Shown here one piece after another: positions 27,611 through 45,500 of a stretch of 64,000 bases of DNA. The translations under genes were made by a program, and so were the position numbers. The notes beneath the pieces were generated by a model, which was not told the origin of the DNA, made no database searches, and was given only the letters and a program-made list of their open reading frames with translations. Source of the DNA: Ophelia neglecta. Lineage: Eukaryota. The stretch is from contig OZ260665.1 of assembly GCA_965285935.1 (NCBI GenBank), positions 56,296,001 to 56,360,000 of the forward strand, read 5' to 3'. Positions within the stretch are counted from its first letter, which is position 1. Every line of letters starts with the position of its first letter.

Positions 27611-28793
27611 TATATATCTTGATGAAAAAGGGGTAATTTTTAAAAGAACCCGAGATAAATTTAATTCTATATAGATAAAATTTTATGGATTATTATATAC
27701 CTGGCGCGTTTTACGAGAATTCCTCCACCCCCTCCCCCCCCCCCCCCACCCCCTCCCCGTCCTTGATAATTGCCGTGGGTCAGGTACTACGGCTTATCTA
27801 CCAGTTTTTCCCATGATAAGCGGACAGAAGAGTGTATTCGATTGAAGGGGGCGGAACGTTAAAGGAACGAGCAAACAAAAATCTAGACATGATTTATTAT
27901 AATCTAGGAGACAGGAATTTCAGTTATTTCACCAACATTCCATCAATAAGACAGATCTACAATGAACCTTTTTAAAATTAAAACAGCAATAATTTGAGGC
28001 AACACAACCTATGTAAAGACGACTGATTAAAACAAACCGCTGGCTGTATCTAAATATGCAATGAAACCTGTCCAATAAAGTGACACAGGTGACCACAAAC
28101 ACAGGTTACACTGTACACATATAAGGGTATATGTCTACAAACTATGAAATGTCAGTAGATATATGATGAAAGACTACATATATCTATAACCCCCCCCTCA
28201 ACAAACTAACAAACAACATACGGTCATTATGGATAAGGATCAAACTTGGCCAAGATAATGTCTTCCGGACGCGGTACATTCACTAAGAACCTTTCCTTTG
28301 TACTATGATTTTTTAGACTGGATATTGTGGTCATCTTCAAGGGATCGATAGATAAACCCTAAGGCAGCTATAGTAAAGTATAAAAGGCAGTGACACAGGC
28401 CTAATATTTATTTCGAAAATGCAGGTGGGAAATTTACAATAACTTTTATTACTCATGGGACACATCAAATGTGTCATAAATGTACATAATAACATATATT
28501 TGGCCTGCTGTTGAAGTTTAATATAGGTGTCACTTACCTCTGTTTCCTTTTCCTCAATGTGTGCTTGTCATATAGCCTTCAAACCATCTCTTAGCCTATA
28601 ATATGGCAAAGTTGGTCATCTTGTACCCTGCGAACAATAGCATATGATCTAACAAATTATTTTCTTTTATCTTTAAGATAGATCCACTATATGAGAATTG
28701 TCACTTACACCTTGATAAGAGATTATTGAGAAAGACATGCACATATGTTTATAGTCCTGGATAGACACCGGGGTTAGCAAAAATATAAACAAT

Positions 28794-31697
28794 ATGCCTA
28801 GGATGATGAATATTTGCAACCCTTACATTTTGCCTGGGACCCTGATGTTTCTTGCAGGGAAGGCGATGATGATAGCAGCAGGCGTAACTAGAATATACCC
28901 CCTCTTCGCGGGCTTAGTTCTCATTATCGGAGGGATAGTGTATTGCAATGTAATAGGCACTAAATGCCGCCATAAGATGGAGAATTTTGATAGAAGTCAT
29001 CCACTTGGCGTTAGGAGGTCCGACACGCATCCCCCCAATATCACGATAGTGAATCAGCTGCAGAATACATCTCAGGAGGAGAATGGAGCTTTACCTAATG
29101 TACACACGGGGGCGACCTATTATCAGCCTTCTGGAATAGGGGAGGGCCCCCCTGGAATCCCCCCATACCCCGGGGAGGTTCCTCCAACGGTTCCGCCCTA
29201 TGCTCAGGCAGACCTTCCCCCCGTTTACCCTGGGCCGCCGGAGGCAGGGTCAGGTACAACTGCAGTAGGGAACAATAATCAGGGGTTTTCTGTTGTGGGG
29301 GACGGTCTAACCCCTCGACAAGGGGAAATACTGCAGCCTCCCGTGAACACACAGTCAGGGTAAGTTCATTATATTTATTGACTTAAACTTTGACCCGTGT
29401 CATTGGTATATAATCATGTTTCTACATGCACAAACAAGCAGTCGTAGACTCGGTGTAAGCACATCTATGACGCTGGCTTATAACGAAAAAGACTGAAAAG
29501 ATGGGATACAGATGGTACACAGATCCTCCGATTTCACCACTACTATAACCTACTACTTTCCGATAGACTCTGTTACGGCTGACATTGTTTCAGTGGCGCC
29601 ATCAGGCGAATTGGCTAGTGAGTACGAAGCCTAAGCAATAATGATGAAAGATTTAGAAACTTTGTTTAATTCTGTAAAATTAGAACGTGGCTTAATTCAT
29701 CCAGGATGTGCTCGGAGCATAGATGACCGAAGATGAGAGGAAGCGTTTAAAACGAACCGCGACTCTCTATTTCCTTTGCTTACGGCTGGAGAAGCATTTA
29801 AAGATTTGACGATTATCGAACCATTTTCGCGGTTTCTCACCAACCAAACCTGGACATGCCAGTGTGCCAGTGGGACAAAAGTGCATAGAATATGTGCATA
29901 TGGGATGGCTATCGGATGCCATGACTCATGAAAGATGTGGAAACAAAAAAAAATCTTACGACAAAGTGCAAGGGTGTCGCCCATAGTAAATGGGATTTCG
30001 AAGGTTTAGACTATACTTCGGGAGCTAAAAAGAAATATTGACCTAACGATCGGCACATTTAACAAACACCCGGCATATTGTAAACATTGTAAATGAAAAC
30101 TTAGCAAATTATATATTTAATCATGTTTAAGTGTGTAGCTATATTATTGGTAACGGGACAGATTACCTACCATCCTCTACTGCGACAAATAGTTCCTTAA
30201 ATGATGTGAACGTCACAATTACGCAATATGCGTCTTAAATGACGCTACAAAATGGCGCCAATAGCTACCGGTCGACCGCCAGGGGGCACCCGTATTCCAG
30301 CGTGCAAAAAGTTTAAAATTTAAAAAAATTCCTGAAAAGTATAGCCTGCGCAGTGCCCTAGTTTCAATATATATCGCCAAGGGCAACACGTACGGCGGTT
30401 CGTTTAGTTTTTTTGTTTTATCTTGCTACAACGATTAGTTACGTCGCTAGAGCAAAACGAGACTTAAAGCGAGATTGGCCGATATCTCAAAAACTAAGGC
30501 TCAAATCGAATTTCTGAGAGTACGCTCATCACAGAGGGACCACTTGTGCACTGTTATGTGTTATAATTGAGTATCAATCTCCATGATATAAGTCAAATAG
30601 ATCAAAAGTTTTTTTTTTTGGTCAAATGTCCAATATTACCAGAAAATACGATTTTCTGAGGTCCATTTGACCTTGAACTTCTTCTTGTTAGATTTTCAAG
30701 GTCATCACAGTTTAATAAAAAATAAGTGATTTTTTTTAGCGTTGCAAAAAGAGAAAAATCCAGATTTTCTGAACACACAAACCTCAAAAGAGAGCAATAT
30801 TTTTCTTGGAATACGCACATAAAATTTGACACCATTGAAAAAAGGCTAAAAATTTGGCAGTTTAAAAAAAAGATGAAGTCTCCAGTGCTCAGATAAGGAA
30901 GATATGGCCGACGAGACTTCAAACTAGATTTGGCATTTTTCATGAAAACTTATAGCATCTGAGAGCTTAAAGGACAAAATTTTTTCAAGGAAAAAGAGCG
31001 GAAACCTCTTATTAGATTATATGATATGATTGATAGATTGCCGCTGGAAAATTTCATATGTAATGCATCATCTGAATTGCCTAGCGGAACTTAATTTCAC
31101 TATTAATTTTTTTGCTCTTTTTTTTCGGACATTCTGTAGACAGTGCCCGTGAACCGAAAATTCTGAAACTTGGTACAAGGACTTCTAGAGGTCAGGGCAA
31201 CATGCCTAAAAATTTCAGAATTCTGCTTCCGCTATGAAAAAAATGGCCAATAATACGTAACTTTATGATGTCATAGTGCAAAATTTTGAACAGTGCAAGT
31301 GTGCCGCTCAGCGTCAATGGATAAAAGACCATCTTGATGCAAGCCAGAAGTCAATAGCAATTTCCCTTACAATATGGCAGCTTTTTTCACAAAACGACGT
31401 TTTTTGGTTATAAAATCTGAAATACACAGGTTGTGATAGCTTGAAAAGGATCAATGCAAAGTTACAACTCTCATTGTAGTAAGTACCCGCTTGGGCGGGG
31501 TGCTGGAAATTAAACTGTTTATTAAGACCTATACTTATTTGTTTCCCAGCTTTAAATATTTAGTTACAAAATTTTTTTGTTGTTTTTTTTTTTTTTCACT
31601 TTATGAGATTTTCTTTAGGTTGACATGCCAGTCGCTGCAAAACCCAGAAGAGCAACCGCCATCATATGAAAGTTTGTACTCCAACAGTAAGACGTAA
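28794..31697 (+). CDS. Uncharacterised 214-aa two-pass membrane protein with proline-rich PPxY tail
   Basis: Exon 28794-29359 (GG|gtaag) joins in frame to 31619-31697 (ttctttag|G). Two N-terminal hydrophobic segments, PPVY and terminal PPSYESL. AATAAA at ~31901. Confidence 0.75.
30190..31505. mobile_element. Possible ~1.3-kb non-autonomous DNA element (Helentron/HINE-like) in intron
   Basis: No coding capacity, ttgaccttga-type motif, terminal hairpin agtacccgc-ttgg-gcggggtgct (31482-31504). Boundaries are approximate. Confidence 0.35.
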
Positions 31698-31989
31698 ATG
31701 TGGCTATAAAGTCGTGGATCGCCGGGATCGGATGGTTTTAATCGCAGCATAACAACTAGATCTAATGACTTAAAAAGGAAGTGCCTAATGGCCGTACTTA
31801 TATTTTACCATTTGAGCGCAAAATGGCATTTACATACAAACTGAAATCAGATTTAAACAAAATCTTTTTACTCCTACAAGTAATTTCAACATATTTTTAA
31901 AATAAAGATATTTTACTAATTTATACTGGATGTTGCGTATCATTTTTTCCTGACTGCAACCCTGATCGATGAGCGAAAGTTTATATATG

Positions 31990-32300
31990 AGAATGAACCG
32001 AGAATAGAAAGTTCCTAGGTCTCATCGGAAAATTCTATCGAAGCCAGCTGTGGGATTCCCCATGGTTCTATCATATGTCCACTTTTTTTCCGCATCAGTA
32101 TAAATTTCATTTTGAATTATATTTAGACAAATCATCAGGAGTTCTCTTAGGTGATGAAATCATTATAGATACTGACAAAATGTTATACTTTGACAATGGA
32201 TAAGTTCAATCACTATAATTGATTCAAAATATCAGACTATACCAAAATCATCCTTTATATGAATTTTACTTAAAATAAAAAAGGGTCCGCATCAACAATT
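31990..32300 (+). mobile_element. Short degraded LINE RT fragment
   Basis: SCGIPHGSIICPLFF (~32046-32090) resembles RT GVPQGSILSPLLF; flanks are broken by stops. Confidence 0.5.
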
Positions 32301-33317
32301 AAAGAGAATAATGAAAGGTTTACATTTATGTTGATACATATGAAAACATCCTCATATGAATAAACTCGAAACAACAACATAACATCATGCATCATGAAAA
32401 ACTCAATCACTAGAACATGGCAAACCTGGGTACAATTAGCTGTTATCAGTAAAAACTACATTAATGAGAATTTAAATGTGAAAGGTCTTGCTAACTTTAA
32501 TGCAAAATGCGGTATAGGTATCAGAAATGCTTAATAAGATGAAATCCATGCTTTCAATCCTTAGAATTCAAAACTATTTATACATATGCTCATACTGCTC
32601 CACTTTAAAATGATTCCAATTCAGGAAATGCCTATGTATGTAGTCCTAGGTCATGTAAAACAGTCCCTTTTTATTTGTTATTGACAAAGCCTACACACCT
32701 ACATTCTAGCAAGGCCCTCAGATGGGTAATGTAAGGGGTACTACTCTGATACAGGTTGATATTGTATCTCTTTACCAGTACATACTTTCGGTACAATGGC
32801 CCAGTTGTTACTCTTGGATTAACTAGTGGCATTTCCAAAGGTTTGCAAGACGGTTGTCTTTAATATTTTTTAATATTTTTATGTCAATCGCATGGCTAGT
32901 TATCATAAATCGTTCATTGACATGTGCTTCTCGTAAATTGCCAAATAAAATGTCCGAAATTTTAATTTATTTTGGAGTTTTGCCATCTGACTGATAAGAA
33001 GTAAATCCCTTTTATGCTTTTTGACAGAAGTACAATACGAACTTGACAATAATTAGTAAAATGACATGTATAATGGTGTAATTACAGTTTTATTTATCAA
33101 TATTCTATTATTACACAGCATTCAGATATTTTATAGCACTTGTACAGTACATAATGGAATTGGATAAAGAAACTTATTATTGATTTGCCTCTCATGACTT
33201 TCAGTGTCTCACTCTATACAAACATCAAATTTTTGGCAAACTGTACTACTCTCAGTCATTATTTCAATTGTTCTGTCATTTTGTGTTCTTTATATATGCA
33301 TGTGTACATTTTAAATC

Positions 33318-37800
<4,483 letters not shown>

Positions 37801-37832
37801 CTTGTCGGATTGTGGTACGGAGCTATTTAGTT

Positions 37833-39188
37833 GGGTTGCTTGATGTTTCGTACCCTGGCCCGTTCGTACCAAGACGGTTCGTACCCGGTCCTGAATGTTT
37901 CTTAACTTGGAAGTAGTCGTTTCTTACCGGTTCTTTGCACCCTGGTATATCGGTCGTTTCGAATCCTGATGACATCACTATTATATAATAGCACAAGACA
38001 CAATACTTTACACAATAGAACATTTTACCCCTAGGCTGTCTAAACTATATGAAATTGCATGTTCATGGGTATCTTTTATACAGCTGCTTTAATCTGCCAT
38101 ATATTGTTCACTTGTCACCAACATGCGTGTTGTTGATGGTTACAATGATAAATATGAAGATTATAGCTAACAAACTGTAAGATATTCATTATTGTGTGTG
38201 TGCATTTGAATACTAGAGTTGTAAATGTTGTTATTATTGCAGATGCGAATGCAGGGAAAAATATATTTAAACAAGAATTGAATATCTCTTCGTTGGTTTG
38301 TAAACTATTGGCTCTGACAATATTATGTTATTGCCAACTGACAGTGCATTTAAAGTTTAGATTGATCATATCTAAAAATAAGCTCAACTTATATATTTAT
38401 TTGCTAGTTTGCCAGGAGTAGGATATATTGATTAGACTAGTTTATTTAGGTACTGTTCCTTGCCTTTTACCCTTAGCTATTAAATAACTCTCCATAACGC
38501 CAATCATTATGTGATTGCACATATATGTGATACATATTTGTTTGATTTGGCATGTTTATCTTCTGTGCTTCACTTGGCATGTGGATTATAAATATAGTTT
38601 TACTGGCATCTGTATCTGTTTGAGGGTACACTATGGAAATAAGTCTCGTTTAGAGACTTAATGATGTCATCCTGTTTCGTATGTGATATAGTGTCCACAA
38701 AGGCATTTCCTATGTGTCAGAGCTTACTGCTGTGATATACTTGCCTCCTTTGTTTTTACACTATAAATTAACCTCACAGGTTAGCTGAAATATCACAGAG
38801 AGTGCAGCAGCCCTAACTGAAGAATGTACAGCTCCCTGCTTTCACCAGTCTGCTTCCTCAAATAACTATTACAAATCTGCGCTGAGGTTTGCCTGTCAAT
38901 TTCCTTCAACACTATAAACACGTAGGGGGTGATGTGCTCCCTGCCATGTTTGACACCTGTCATGTCCTACTTGCTCCTAATCTGATGATTTATCAGATGG
39001 CCTTAGAAATTTATCTATCTATCACAATGCTGATGCCTTCAAACTTTGTCGATTAGAAATATTTAAATAAGGTAAGAAACGACCAATATACTAAGGTGCG
39101 AAACGACTTCCATAAAGGTACAAAACGTCAAAGACCTGGCACGAACCGTCTTGGTACGAACGGTATTGGGTACGAACCGTCTAGAAAG
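37833..39188. mobile_element. ~1.35-kb non-autonomous TIR element with subterminal gttcgtacc repeats
   Basis: Inverted arms ~37833-37965 and ~39065-39188, including a perfect 23-bp IR ccgttcgtaccaagacggttcgt (37860-37882) / acgaaccgtcttggtacgaacgg (39141-39163). No clear TSD. Confidence 0.7.
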
Positions 39189-39199
39189 GTATGGTAGTA

Positions 39200-39490
39200 G
39201 TTGCAGTTGGGAACATAGCTGTGTGACGTCAGAGTTCAAGCGCCCGACAGGCGTTTCATGGGTCAGTGATTCCAAGCCACGTGATAACTGCTCGCTCTTG
39301 TTTACCGAGGCATGCTCACTGATGTAGCAGCTGTCGAGCACTTAGTCCGAACAGCTATCATAATAGTTCAATATGTTCCGGAATTATATGGATGAATGGG
39401 TTTATTGTCATTTAATTACCACGTAATGCATATATTATCGGAACATTAAGTCCATTTCCTGGCCATGTCTCGGTGAAGGAAGACAGCTTC
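39200..39490. promoter_or_regulatory. Candidate shared (bidirectional) promoter of PSMA4 and the laminin gene
   Basis: Relatively CpG-rich patch between divergent genes; perfect CRE TGACGTCA (39224-39231) and E-box CACGTG (39278-39283). Confidence 0.5.
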
Positions 39491-39544
39491 ACAGTGATGG
39501 CGGGAAATTTATCTGTAAAGTTGGCTGCTGCTGCTGCAGAGAAG

Positions 39545-42500
39545 ATGTTATGGCGTGTCATTCTGCTGCTGGTGATGTTCCTTCCACATACAGTTAGTGT
39601 GGCGGTAGATGTGGCTCTTAATAAACCAATCACCGCACAAATAACATGCGGGGCACAAGGACCTGAGGAATATTTAGACCACGATCAGGTATGCTTGATC
39701 TGAAGCTTCAGGTGGAGCCATAAGCTGATATTTATAAGGAGTATCAAATATTTTATGGCCTTATATTATTTAGGGCTTATTAATATTTAGTTAGTGTTAT
39801 TAATGCATTGGGGAAGGGGCATCAAAATGTGGTCAGGAGGGGGGAAAAATTAAGGACCCAAATTTATGCAGCTGAAACATTGCAACCAGGTCCTATGGGG
39901 GCTCACCCCCCCCCCCCCCCCTGCCCTCCGCAGGTCCTATTGGAGACTCACCCCCCCCCCTCCCCTTTTGCAATTGAGAGTATCCCCCCCCCCTATATAA
40001 TCCACCTCCTCTCTTAAAAATTCTATTAGTCTAATGTAATAGTTATACTAACACCCAGGCGGCATTTACCTCTAGCAAGTTTTTTTTTTTTTTTTAAGGG
40101 GGTAGGGGAGTTAAGCAAAAGTATTATGTGAAAAGATGATTCAGTGGTCAACATTACTATATTAAATGATCGATAAATGTTTGTCACTGACTCAAACAAG
40201 AACCCTCTTTCTTTCTCATCGTACTTAATCGTATATGACAATTTCAGGTCTTTGTGAAACCCGCAGATAGAGAGAGTAAGTTGAAGCAATGTTTCAATGC
40301 TTCTGCCCACCCTGCCGATTCAATGGTAGATGGCAACAGCAGCACCTGGTGGCAGAGTATGTCTAGAACGAAGCTCATCAGCGCAGGATATGGCAAATCT
40401 ACTACTTCTCCAGAATCAGTAATTCAACTGGATTTGGAACAAGTGATTGATTAATCTTTTATGAAATTCCAAATGTTATTTAACTGTTTGCATAATTCTG
40501 TTTCAATTTATTTATAAGGATAAGAGTTAATTTTACTCTTTGAGGTATAGAATCTGATGGATTTATTATATGTTCTTTTACACAGAATTTTGAAGCTCAG
40601 AGAATTACTATTGGCATGGCTGATTCCAAGCGGCCAGGTACAATCATTCTCTTCAAGTCACCTGATGGAATCAGTTTCCTACCCTGGGTTTACAGAGTGA
40701 CAGATGAAACTGATTGTAACTTAGTTTGGAAGGTGATTTATTAGTTTTATTGGTTAGATTTTATTCCATATTGGTTCTACTTATGAATACAAAGATGACA
40801 TAAATTGCTCGAGTAAAAAGATGCAGGTCAATCATTTAATGAAAAAAAATCAAAAGGTTAGTTTGGTTGGGCTTTTATTTTTATCACTTTCCTTAAACAA
40901 GATTAAACAAATTGATTGCAGAATTTAGACTATAATTGTGATGCTTTCTTTACAAATATACATATTAGGTTAAAACCAAAACCTACTAGAAGAAAAGAAA
41001 GTTCAGCCCATGCTTATGCATTGGCGTTTTTATAATCAGTGAACTATTAAATCTGTCATTTAAAATTGAATGCTTCTTTTTACCAAGTAAATTTTATGTG
41101 TAATAGTATGCAGAGAAATTAATATTATTTTGTCTGTACTAATGACATATTAATGTAGCAGTATTATTTGCCCTTGCCAATAGGTGCCTGTGCAGTACAC
41201 ACCAAGAAATTTGAACTCTGTCGTTTGCCAGGCTTATGCCAATACTGCTGATCGATCTAATGAACAAGTAGGTTTGGTGAAGACAAAATGCTTTAAGCCG
41301 TTTACTGAAAACTTGTTTCATCAGTATGAATTGACCATTTTTGTTGGTGTGCAAAGTCTGATAAATTTGCCTGAACTTTTCAGATTATTTTTGACTTCTC
41401 TGGAATCACAGGAAATGTGGCAGTAAGTTAATATATAAGTTTTAATAATGACAAGGGCTAAAGTACTGATAGCTCTTTCATTTGTTACAGTAAGCAGCAA
41501 GAAATTTACTGTATATATACATTCAATGTTTAAAGTATAGTGGTGATGTTTATGAATTTGTATGAAATAATCAGTTTTATGTGACATTATTTTGCTCTCC
41601 TGTAGCCTTGGAGGAATGTGCGATATTTAAGAATTCAATTTTACCAAATGGCACTCACCCTTGGCCCAAATGGCATCAGATTTGTAAGTAGGCATGGATA
41701 TTTTCTGTGTTTGACTGATAAACAACATTTAGAATAAAATTGGCTATATTTTCTATTTAAAATGTATGACCTGCTTGTGAAAAAGATGGTTGGCTTATAA
41801 TATTGAATAAAATTGTCTGACACTGTTCAAACACAGATGGTCAGTATTAAACATGCAGTCAAATGAAATAGGATGAGTCAAGAAATAATCAATATTTAAA
41901 CTGATGAGCTTAAGCCACTCTCTTTGCTGCAAGAATCCATTGTCTCTCCATAATGTACGCATTCAGTATTATTTCTTTTGAAGAAATAAGTATTTTAAGT
42001 TTAATTCATCTGTGTATTATGAATAACACTGATGAAATGTATGATTGCTCTCAGCTATAATCTGCTATTCATTAGATTGCAGCAGTTGTGCCCAGTTTTA
42101 TAAATTGATAATTTTATTGATTGGAGCCAGGTGCCTCATGCAGAGCATTGTTAAGGCCAGCCAGGCACTCTGAGTTCTGAAACACGTGGCATACTGCATA
42201 CTAATGTTGACATCACTGCAATTATTGAAGGGTTTATTGATTTTTGAGGCTGCCTAGAAGAAGGAGTACTATGAAGAGTATAATCATTTATTGAATGTCC
42301 TTTCAGCATTGGGCCACATTCCATGATATTGTGTGAATACCATAGTCAATTTACTTCAAACAGTGTGTTCAATATATATGTACATGTGAATGTGTGAAAT
42401 TGACTACAATTTTAATATACATTTATTGTCATTTAATACTTGTATATATTTATGTGGTAATTTTTTATTCATACGCCATATATTTAGTTTTGTAGATATT

Positions 42501-45500
42501 ATTACTTTGTCTAACACATTTATTTATATCAACCGAATGGCAATTATCTCATTGAATGGTTGAAAATTATCACTACCCTCATATTTCTTAATGTGAATGT
42601 ACTTAAATATGATTTGAGGCCATAATAAATTTTTCCAACCATTTCATAAAGCAACATTACACTGTGAAGAAGTTGGAGATTTTAGCTGAGTGTACATGTA
42701 ATGGTCTTCAGACCGACTGTGTGCAAAGTAACATCACCCGCCAGTTTGAGTGTGTCTGTGGTGGAAATGCTGAGGGAAAATACTGTGAGAAGTGCAAGCC
42801 TTTCTACAATCAGCAAGCTTTCACCTACGGCCAGAAGTGTGAATGTAAATTTACCATTTGTCTTATAGTATATTTTAATATTTAGCCATGTTTGCTAAAT
42901 CCCATATTAAAGTACTTCTAAAAACTCGCCTTTATTTGGTCCCCCATTATTTAAGGTGAGGATGTAATAAAAATGTTTTGCATGAATGCATGCCCTATTA
43001 TGATACTAAATTGCCTACGAAGTTGTCATGAAGCTAAGCTATTTGCCTTTCAAATTAAGTAATAATGTTTAATTTTGGAGACCTTGTCTTTCAGCTTGTT
43101 ACTGTTTCCAGCATTCTGACAGGTGTTATTTCAATCAGACTGTGAACAACTATAACTTGAGTATAAACACCAACGGAGAGAGAGATGGTGGAGGAGTGTG
43201 TATTGACTGCAAAGACAATACCACAGGTTTGTGTGAACAAATTTCTAGCTGGCATGATCACAAGCTGAACATACTTCATTATATAACTAATTGAAGTATA
43301 TCATTATGATATTTTTATGTGTGTGAAAGTTTGTTATAGAAATTGATGCAGTTATAAGGGTCATGATTTTATAGGTATGGTTGATACCTGTTTTATTTTC
43401 TGCTAAATTATGAATCTTGCAGAATTTTTGCTAATTTATAACTAAAAAAGGGAAACGAATGCAGCAACTAAATGACCAATAATGCTTTTAACTTATTTTC
43501 CTATCTTTTCTATAGGTGTAAACTGCGAGCGCTGTTTGCCTTACCACTATCGCCCCATTACAGTGAGTCAGACACGGCCTGACCCTTGCATATTATGTAA
43601 CTGTCATGGGCCTGGAGTCCGTGTCAATCTAGAAACTGGGCTCGTCGGAGACTGTGTCATGAACAACGACACCCTACTTCCTCCAGGAATGGTTTGTCAC
43701 CATTTTACATCTCAATAGCTTTGCAACATCAACAAAAAATGTAACCACCAGTGATATAAACATCAAGATATCTTAAAATCACATAATATAACCAAGGGTT
43801 CTCTTACATGGAAATACAATGTGAGAGTTTCTAATGGGTTATAGCAACTGTGTCTTTGAAGACTGCACCACATAACATTTTTGTGCAATAAATGCACTTT
43901 GATAGTAAGCATTAGACAGTCTAGTCAGGTCAATGGTTACAAAAACAGGTTGAAGACATCTCTTAAAATTTGTCTACAATTTGTATTTTTTGTATACCTC
44001 ATTTTGTTATTGTATAATTCAGTCCATTGAATTTTGTACTTCATTAACTATTTTCTTGAATAACTCATATAAATTAATAAAGCATGTTCTAGTCATGTGA
44101 AAATATTAATTTACTTCACTTTTGTTTTATATCTTATACTATGTTCATCTAGCAACTTTATAAGAACAAAAGCTTGGTTACTGTGCTCTGTATGTTGTCT
44201 GGTACTGCTGTTGTATTATATTAAAACTGAGATAATGATTTCGTTTCAGCAACCAGGAGACTGTTTTTGTAAGTCCAATGTGACAGGTTCCCGCTGTGAC
44301 ACGTGTAAACCTGGCTTCTTTGACCTGACCGCTGATAAAGTCACAGGATGTCAAGGTAAAATCTGATATGTTATTTTACAAATTAAACATCTTCTGATAA
44401 TAGCAACAATGTGAAAAACACCAAAATGGCAATGTCTAGTCACACTGCTATGTCAGCCCTGCAAAACACATTTCCTAAAATGTAATGGGTAGTGCTTTTT
44501 CAGATATCGGAGTAACAGTTTAATTGCATGTAGACATTTGATTTTGTGGCACTAAAGACCAAATTCACCTATTGTAATATACAAATATTACCATGCTAGG
44601 AAGCAATAGGAATCCATATTGACCAGAAACAAATGCAAATGTAATAGGACAGTTTCAGTGAGAATAATGTTGGATAATGCTAAGGCAATGGAATGTGTTA
44701 TATAAATCAGTAAAGTGGGAAATCCCCTTCTCACGTTTGAACACAAGTATAATATCAATAAATAAATATTTGTAAAACAATACTGGTATTTCTTACTGTG
44801 ACACATGAGTGGGCAAGGTAGACCTTTCACACTTTCCTCTTATTCTTATTATCACACACATAATAATGTCTATTTATGTTCTTCCTCTCATATGAGGATG
44901 AACTTTTTTTTTGATAGTTGTATCCCAGCTGCATGCCCTCCTGTGTTGGGTGAGAATGGAAATCTATTTCACCAAGGCTTTACCAAATTTTATAATGATT
45001 CATGATAATATCTCATTTGTGTTAATGTAAGGGTTGCCAACCCAAAACACATGGCTGCCATTGACCTTTTTTCATTTATCCTAAAGTTCCATGAATTAAC
45101 AAGATATGCATTCAAAATGCATTGACCACCAATAGAAAGTGATATGCAATGAATTGAATGGAGACCATGTATTACTATATTGCTACAAAAAAATTGTTAG
45201 CTTAATTTGTACAGCTACTTCTGTAATTCTTTTACTGGCTTAATTGTGCAACTGGCTTCTTTTGCTGATGTCTTGAGTATCCCAAAGGGTTTCTCTGCCT
45301 AGTTCGCATAGTTCTTTACAGTATTGAGTAATAGTACATAATAATTAAGTGTTAATTCTTTTGCTTTTATGGCCTCAAATGTTAATTTGATATGATGCAT
45401 TTATAGGAAGTTTAGACAAGAAATTGGTGATTTTTTTATTTTTTCAAATTAATAATATATTAACGTGAATTTCCTTCCTTGCCAGATTGTTTATGTGAGA

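Noticed and set aside
39310-39318. ARE-like TGAGCATGC (minus strand) as an Nrf1/CncC proteasome element
   Set aside because: A short degenerate core is expected by chance; it needs conservation data
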